DNA of 64,000 nucleotides from an uncultured Bacteroidota bacterium. GTDB taxonomy: Bacteria > Bacteroidota > Bacteroidia > Flavobacteriales > Flavobacteriaceae. Each line of letters opens with the position of its first letter. Within the stretch, counting starts at the first letter, position 1. The stretch lies in assembly GCA_902535165.1 (NCBI GenBank), contig CACASE010000005.1, positions 9,124 to 73,123 on the forward strand. Direction: 5' to 3'. Shown here piece by piece: positions 61,137-64,000 of the stretch. The notes beneath the pieces are model-generated. The model worked only from the letters and a program-made list of their open reading frames with translations, was not told the origin of the DNA and did no database searches. Both the position numbers and the translations under genes were made by a program.

Positions 61137-62528
61137 ATGAAATTTTACACCAGAACTCTAATATTTATCTCATTTATATTTTTATTTAATTCTTGTGAAG
61201 AATCAAACATAACTTATGGTAAACCTAATGTTATCCTAATTATGGCGGATGATCTTGGATATGAAGCATTAGGTATAAATGGAGCGGATGAATATAAAAC
61301 ACCAGTGCTGGATTCTCTAGCTTTAAATGGTATCAATTTTAATAATGCTTATTCGCAACCACTTTGTACGCCAACTAGGGTTAAAATTATGACTGGTAAA
61401 CCAAATTATGTTAACTATGAATATTTTACATATTTAAATCCAAACCAAAAAACTTTTGGAAATTTATTTCAAGAAAATGGTTACAAAACTGCACTAGCTG
61501 GTAAATGGCAGTTAAATGGAGTTCAGTTTGATTTAGATAATAATCAGGATTTAGACAGGCCATATAAGTTTGGTTTTGATGAATATTGTTTATGGTGGTT
61601 AAGAGAAAGAGGAGATAGATTTGCTAATCCAAATATTGTTCAAAACGGCAACAAATTAAAAAAAGGCATTGATGATTATGGTCCGGACATATTTACCGAT
61701 TTCATTGTTGACTTCATAGATAAAAATAGGGATGATCCTTTCTTTATTTATTATCCTATGGCTTTAGTTCATGACCCTTTTCTGCCAACACCAGATTCTG
61801 ATGATTGGAACGATTTAGAAAAAAGAAACAAAGGAAATAAACCAATCTATTTCTCGGATATGTTGACTTATATGGACAAAATTGTTGGTAGGATTTCAAA
61901 TACACTTGATAAAAATAAATTAGATAACACAATATTAATTTTCATTGGTGATAATGGAACAGATACAAAAGTTGTAACCCTCAATAGAGGGGTTGAGATT
62001 CGTGGCGCAAAAGGATCAACAATTAAATACGCATCAAACGTACCAATGATTGTTAATTGGAAAAGTCAAATCAAACAAGGCTTTAATTCTGATGCAATGA
62101 TTGATTTCACAGACTTTTATGCAACTTTTGAGGACATTCTAAATCTTAACAACCAGCAGTCGTACGGCAAAAGCATTCTGCCATTAATGACTAATAATTA
62201 TTACAATGAAAGAAATGTTCTAATAACATACTATGATCCAATGTGGAGAGATACCACGATGGGCAGGGGTGTATATGCTCAAAATAAAGAATATAAACTG
62301 TATAAAAATGGCAACTTTTTTAACTTTTCAAAGGATTTATATGAAAAAAATCCAATCGACTTGAATAAATTATCAGAAACTGACAATGAAATATATTTGT
62401 TACTTAAAACCTCATTAGATTCAATTCCTGATTTACCTGAGTACAATCATAACAGTTGGATTGAAAGAAGAAAGAAGGTTAATGAAAGTAGAAAATTTAA
62501 TAATATATGGCAACTAAATACAAAGTAG
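61137..62528 (+). CDS. sulfatase (formylglycine-dependent), lipoprotein
   Basis: Lipobox LFNSC. NVILIMADDLGYE, the formylglycine motif CTPTR (QPLCTPTRVKIMTG), and GDNGT. Confidence 0.9.
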   Translation: MKFYTRTLIFISFIFLFNSCEESNITYGKPNVILIMADDLGYEALGINGADEYKTPVLDSLALNGINFNNAYSQPLCTPTRVKIMTGKPNYVNYEYFTYLNPNQKTFGNLFQENGYKTALAGKWQLNGVQFDLDNNQDLDRPYKFGFDEYCLWWLRERGDRFANPNIVQNGNKLKKGIDDYGPDIFTDFIVDFIDKNRDDPFFIYYPMALVHDPFLPTPDSDDWNDLEKRNKGNKPIYFSDMLTYMDKIVGRISNTLDKNKLDNTILIFIGDNGTDTKVVTLNRGVEIRGAKGSTIKYASNVPMIVNWKSQIKQGFNSDAMIDFTDFYATFEDILNLNNQQSYGKSILPLMTNNYYNERNVLITYYDPMWRDTTMGRGVYAQNKEYKLYKNGNFFNFSKDLYEKNPIDLNKLSETDNEIYLLLKTSLDSIPDLPEYNHNSWIERRKKVNESRKFNNIWQLNTK

Positions 62529-62704
62529 CGACTGGTCTGTTAATTGCAGGAATTGTTTGCTTCGTATTGTTTTATCTCATTGGTGGAGATGTCGATGAAA
62601 ATGGTTATGTAAATGAACCATTTTATTTATTGCCAATTGGGTTTATTTTTATTTGTCTATCAATGGTTTTGTATATAGTTTTTGCAATTGCAAAAAAAAA
62701 ATAA
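62507..62704 (+). CDS. small two-TM membrane protein (DUF3955-like)
   Basis: 65 aa with two hydrophobic helices flanking ...DENGYVNEPFYLLPIG.... Overlaps the sulfatase gene by 22 nt. Confidence 0.5.
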   Translation: MATKYKVATGLLIAGIVCFVLFYLIGGDVDENGYVNEPFYLLPIGFIFICLSMVLYIVFAIAKKK

Positions 62705-62730
62705 GGTATCATTTAAATACCTTATTTTTA
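62695..62730. terminator. bidirectional rho-independent terminator between convergent genes
   Basis: Stem ATAAGGTAT (62701-62709) / ATACCTTAT (62717-62725) with a 7-nt loop. It is flanked by an A9 tract upstream and a T-rich tract downstream, so both strands see a hairpin plus U tract. Confidence 0.7.
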
Positions 62731-62749
62731 ATTAAGATTGAAGAAATAT

Positions 62750-63472
62750 TTAGTCTTTCTTTTCTTTGTCCTTTGAGCCTTTACATTTAGAAAAAAGTTC
62801 TTTCATTTCAATTTCACTTTCAACATCATATTTTATTTTTTCTTTCTTTTCAACCCAATAGATAGAAATTGGAAAGACAAGATTAGCTTTTTCTTTTACA
62901 TCAGGGTTTTGGTTATACCATTTTTTCAGAGACTCTATTGCTTCTTTTTTATCATTAACTTTTATTGAGGAGCCATCAGGTAATTCCAATGATACTGGAT
63001 ACTCAAGGTAAAAGCAATTTTTCTTTCTATCTTTCTTTCCATCCTTTTTTCCATCTTTATCACTTTTATCATCTTTACCATCATCATCTTTCCCGTCATC
63101 ATCTTTCCCGTCATCATCTTTTTTATCATCATTCTTATTGTAGCCTTCAGTCCTAAAAAGTTCTCTTCCACTTAAATCAAAGAAAATATCATCACTTTTA
63201 ACTCCTAAGAAGAAAAAATCAAATGACCTCATATTGATTTGGTATCCTAATTGACTAGCTAAATTACCCTTATCAAAAAAATCATCAGGTATATCACTAC
63301 TCATAGTGTTTTTCGCATCTATTGGAAGATCATATTCAAGAATCTGGACTTTTTCTTCAGCGTTTATAATTGCATCAATAAGCTCATCGTCTGACATTAC
63401 ATCTTCAAATTCGCAAGCTGTAAAAAGAAAAATAAATAATAGTGGTAGATATTTTAAAATTGAATTCTTCAT
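62750..63472 (-). CDS. hypothetical lipoprotein with central Asp/Lys-rich (KDDDG)n repeat
   Basis: Lipobox LFTAC. Central ...NKNDDKKDDDGKDDDGKDDDGKDDKSDKDGKKDGKKDRKK.... I recognise no family. Confidence 0.6.
   Translation of the reverse strand: MKNSILKYLPLLFIFLFTACEFEDVMSDDELIDAIINAEEKVQILEYDLPIDAKNTMSSDIPDDFFDKGNLASQLGYQINMRSFDFFFLGVKSDDIFFDLSGRELFRTEGYNKNDDKKDDDGKDDDGKDDDGKDDKSDKDGKKDGKKDRKKNCFYLEYPVSLELPDGSSIKVNDKKEAIESLKKWYNQNPDVKEKANLVFPISIYWVEKKEKIKYDVESEIEMKELFSKCKGSKDKEKKD
63081..63125 (-). repeat. 15-bp in-frame tandem repeat (about 3 copies) encoding KDDDG units
   Basis: TCATCATCTTTCCCG at 63081-63095 and 63096-63110, plus a degenerate third copy at 63111-63125. The repeat sits in a strongly pyrimidine-skewed tract (about 63020-63140). 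Confidence 0.85.
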
Positions 63473-63503
63473 CTTGATTTTTTTAATAAAATTAATAAAT
63501 TTT

Positions 63504-63911
63504 TTAAATCTTTAAGTTCGCTTTCTCATTTAAAATGTTTCGAAAGAACTCATGGTCTTTATTACTTTTAACTTTAATTTTAACTTTTCTATGATCAATA
63601 TGTATTGTATAGACATCACTGTCAACTTTAAAAATTACGAGTTTATAATATGGGATAATAAGTGCATATGTTTCAAGTAGTACTCTAAAATAAATCAGTA
63701 TACCTTTTGGTCTTCTTTCGATGTTACATTGATTAATGTTCTGATCAAGTATTAGTAAATTTTCAATTTCTTTGCTGGCACTAACAATCAATAGTTTCCC
63801 TGATCCAATTCCTTTCATTTTTAATCTTTCTATTAAGCTGAAGGGCTTTCCAACAAAATTGTTAATTTCATCTTCTTGTTTTGGATTATTATATGAAACA
63901 TTTTTTAGCAT
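63504..63911 (-). CDS. hypothetical protein (orphan, 135 aa)
   Basis: Uninterrupted ORF in a genome where random ORFs are short. No motif recognised. Confidence 0.45.
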   Translation of the reverse strand: MLKNVSYNNPKQEDEINNFVGKPFSLIERLKMKGIGSGKLLIVSASKEIENLLILDQNINQCNIERRPKGILIYFRVLLETYALIIPYYKLVIFKVDSDVYTIHIDHRKVKIKVKSNKDHEFFRNILNEKANLKI

Positions 63912-63944
63912 AGAATTTTAAAAGTTAAAATAATTATACAATAA

Positions 63945-64000
63945 ATGAGCCAAATAACTAAAAATATATTAATGATAAAGCCTTCATCTTTTGCATATAA
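63945..64000 (+). CDS. 5' fragment of a CDS running off the window (possibly amidinotransferase/CtlX-like)
   Basis: ATG at 63945 gives MSQITKNILMIKPSSFAY.... The ILMI(K/R)P..F pattern resembles N-termini of arginine-deiminase-related hydrolases. Only 18 codons are visible. Confidence 0.3.
   Translation, partial: MSQITKNILMIKPSSFAY

Overview
AT-rich (roughly 30% G+C by eye), very gene-dense chromosomal segment. The gene content and signals look like a streamlined member of Bacteroidota, probably a marine Flavobacteriia-type genome; this placement is inference. Supporting points: dcw gene order without murF/ddl, a 287-aa primary sigma factor, TAnnTTTG boxes in place of -10/-35 and Shine-Dalgarno signals, a lipidated Omp85, PorT-like and plug-like proteins, and Na+-NQR.

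Main contents:
- 1000-16337: a complete dcw cell-wall/division cluster (mraZ-rsmH-ftsL-ftsI-murE-mraY-murD-ftsW-murG-murC-ftsQ-ftsA-ftsZ) followed by a YqeY-like gene.
- 16347-16420 and 54421-54493: tRNA-Arg(UCG) and tRNA-Gly(UCC).
- 16421-23020: a translationally coupled minus-strand cluster of three signal-peptide enzymes (GH123/DUF4091-like, PHP phosphoesterase, M14 peptidase) plus a MATE transporter.
- 23665-30724: housekeeping genes anmK, rpe, rpoD, pnp, rpsO, accD, fba.
- 30765-42633: TamL-like Omp85, trkAH, rsmG, pruA and an apaG-like gene.
- 42705-49575: the full nqrABCDEF-apbE operon.
- 49562-64000: map, gpmI, an M15 peptidase/GNAT pair, two DUF1080 paralogs (one at 23063), an M1 peptidase module with tatA, a sulfatase, and a few small orphan genes at the right end.

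I see no CRISPR array, transposase, integrase, phage gene or recognisable defence system. The window is essentially core genome.

Things worth a second look:
1. murG is interrupted by a +1 frameshift exactly at a T8A8 tract.
2. A triple 10-bp direct repeat abuts the mraZ promoter and is the predicted MraZ operator.
3. The secreted-enzyme/MATE cluster next to anmK is uncharacterised.
4. A perfect 9-bp inverted repeat is centred on the putative nqr promoter.
5. Compaction is extreme: four convergent gene pairs share a TTAA stop/stop palindrome, two convergent coding overlaps span 29 nt and 14 nt, a tRNA abuts a convergent stop codon, and one divergent intergenic region is only 20 nt.

I found no convincing evidence for a new multi-gene system beyond item 3, which is a hypothesis.
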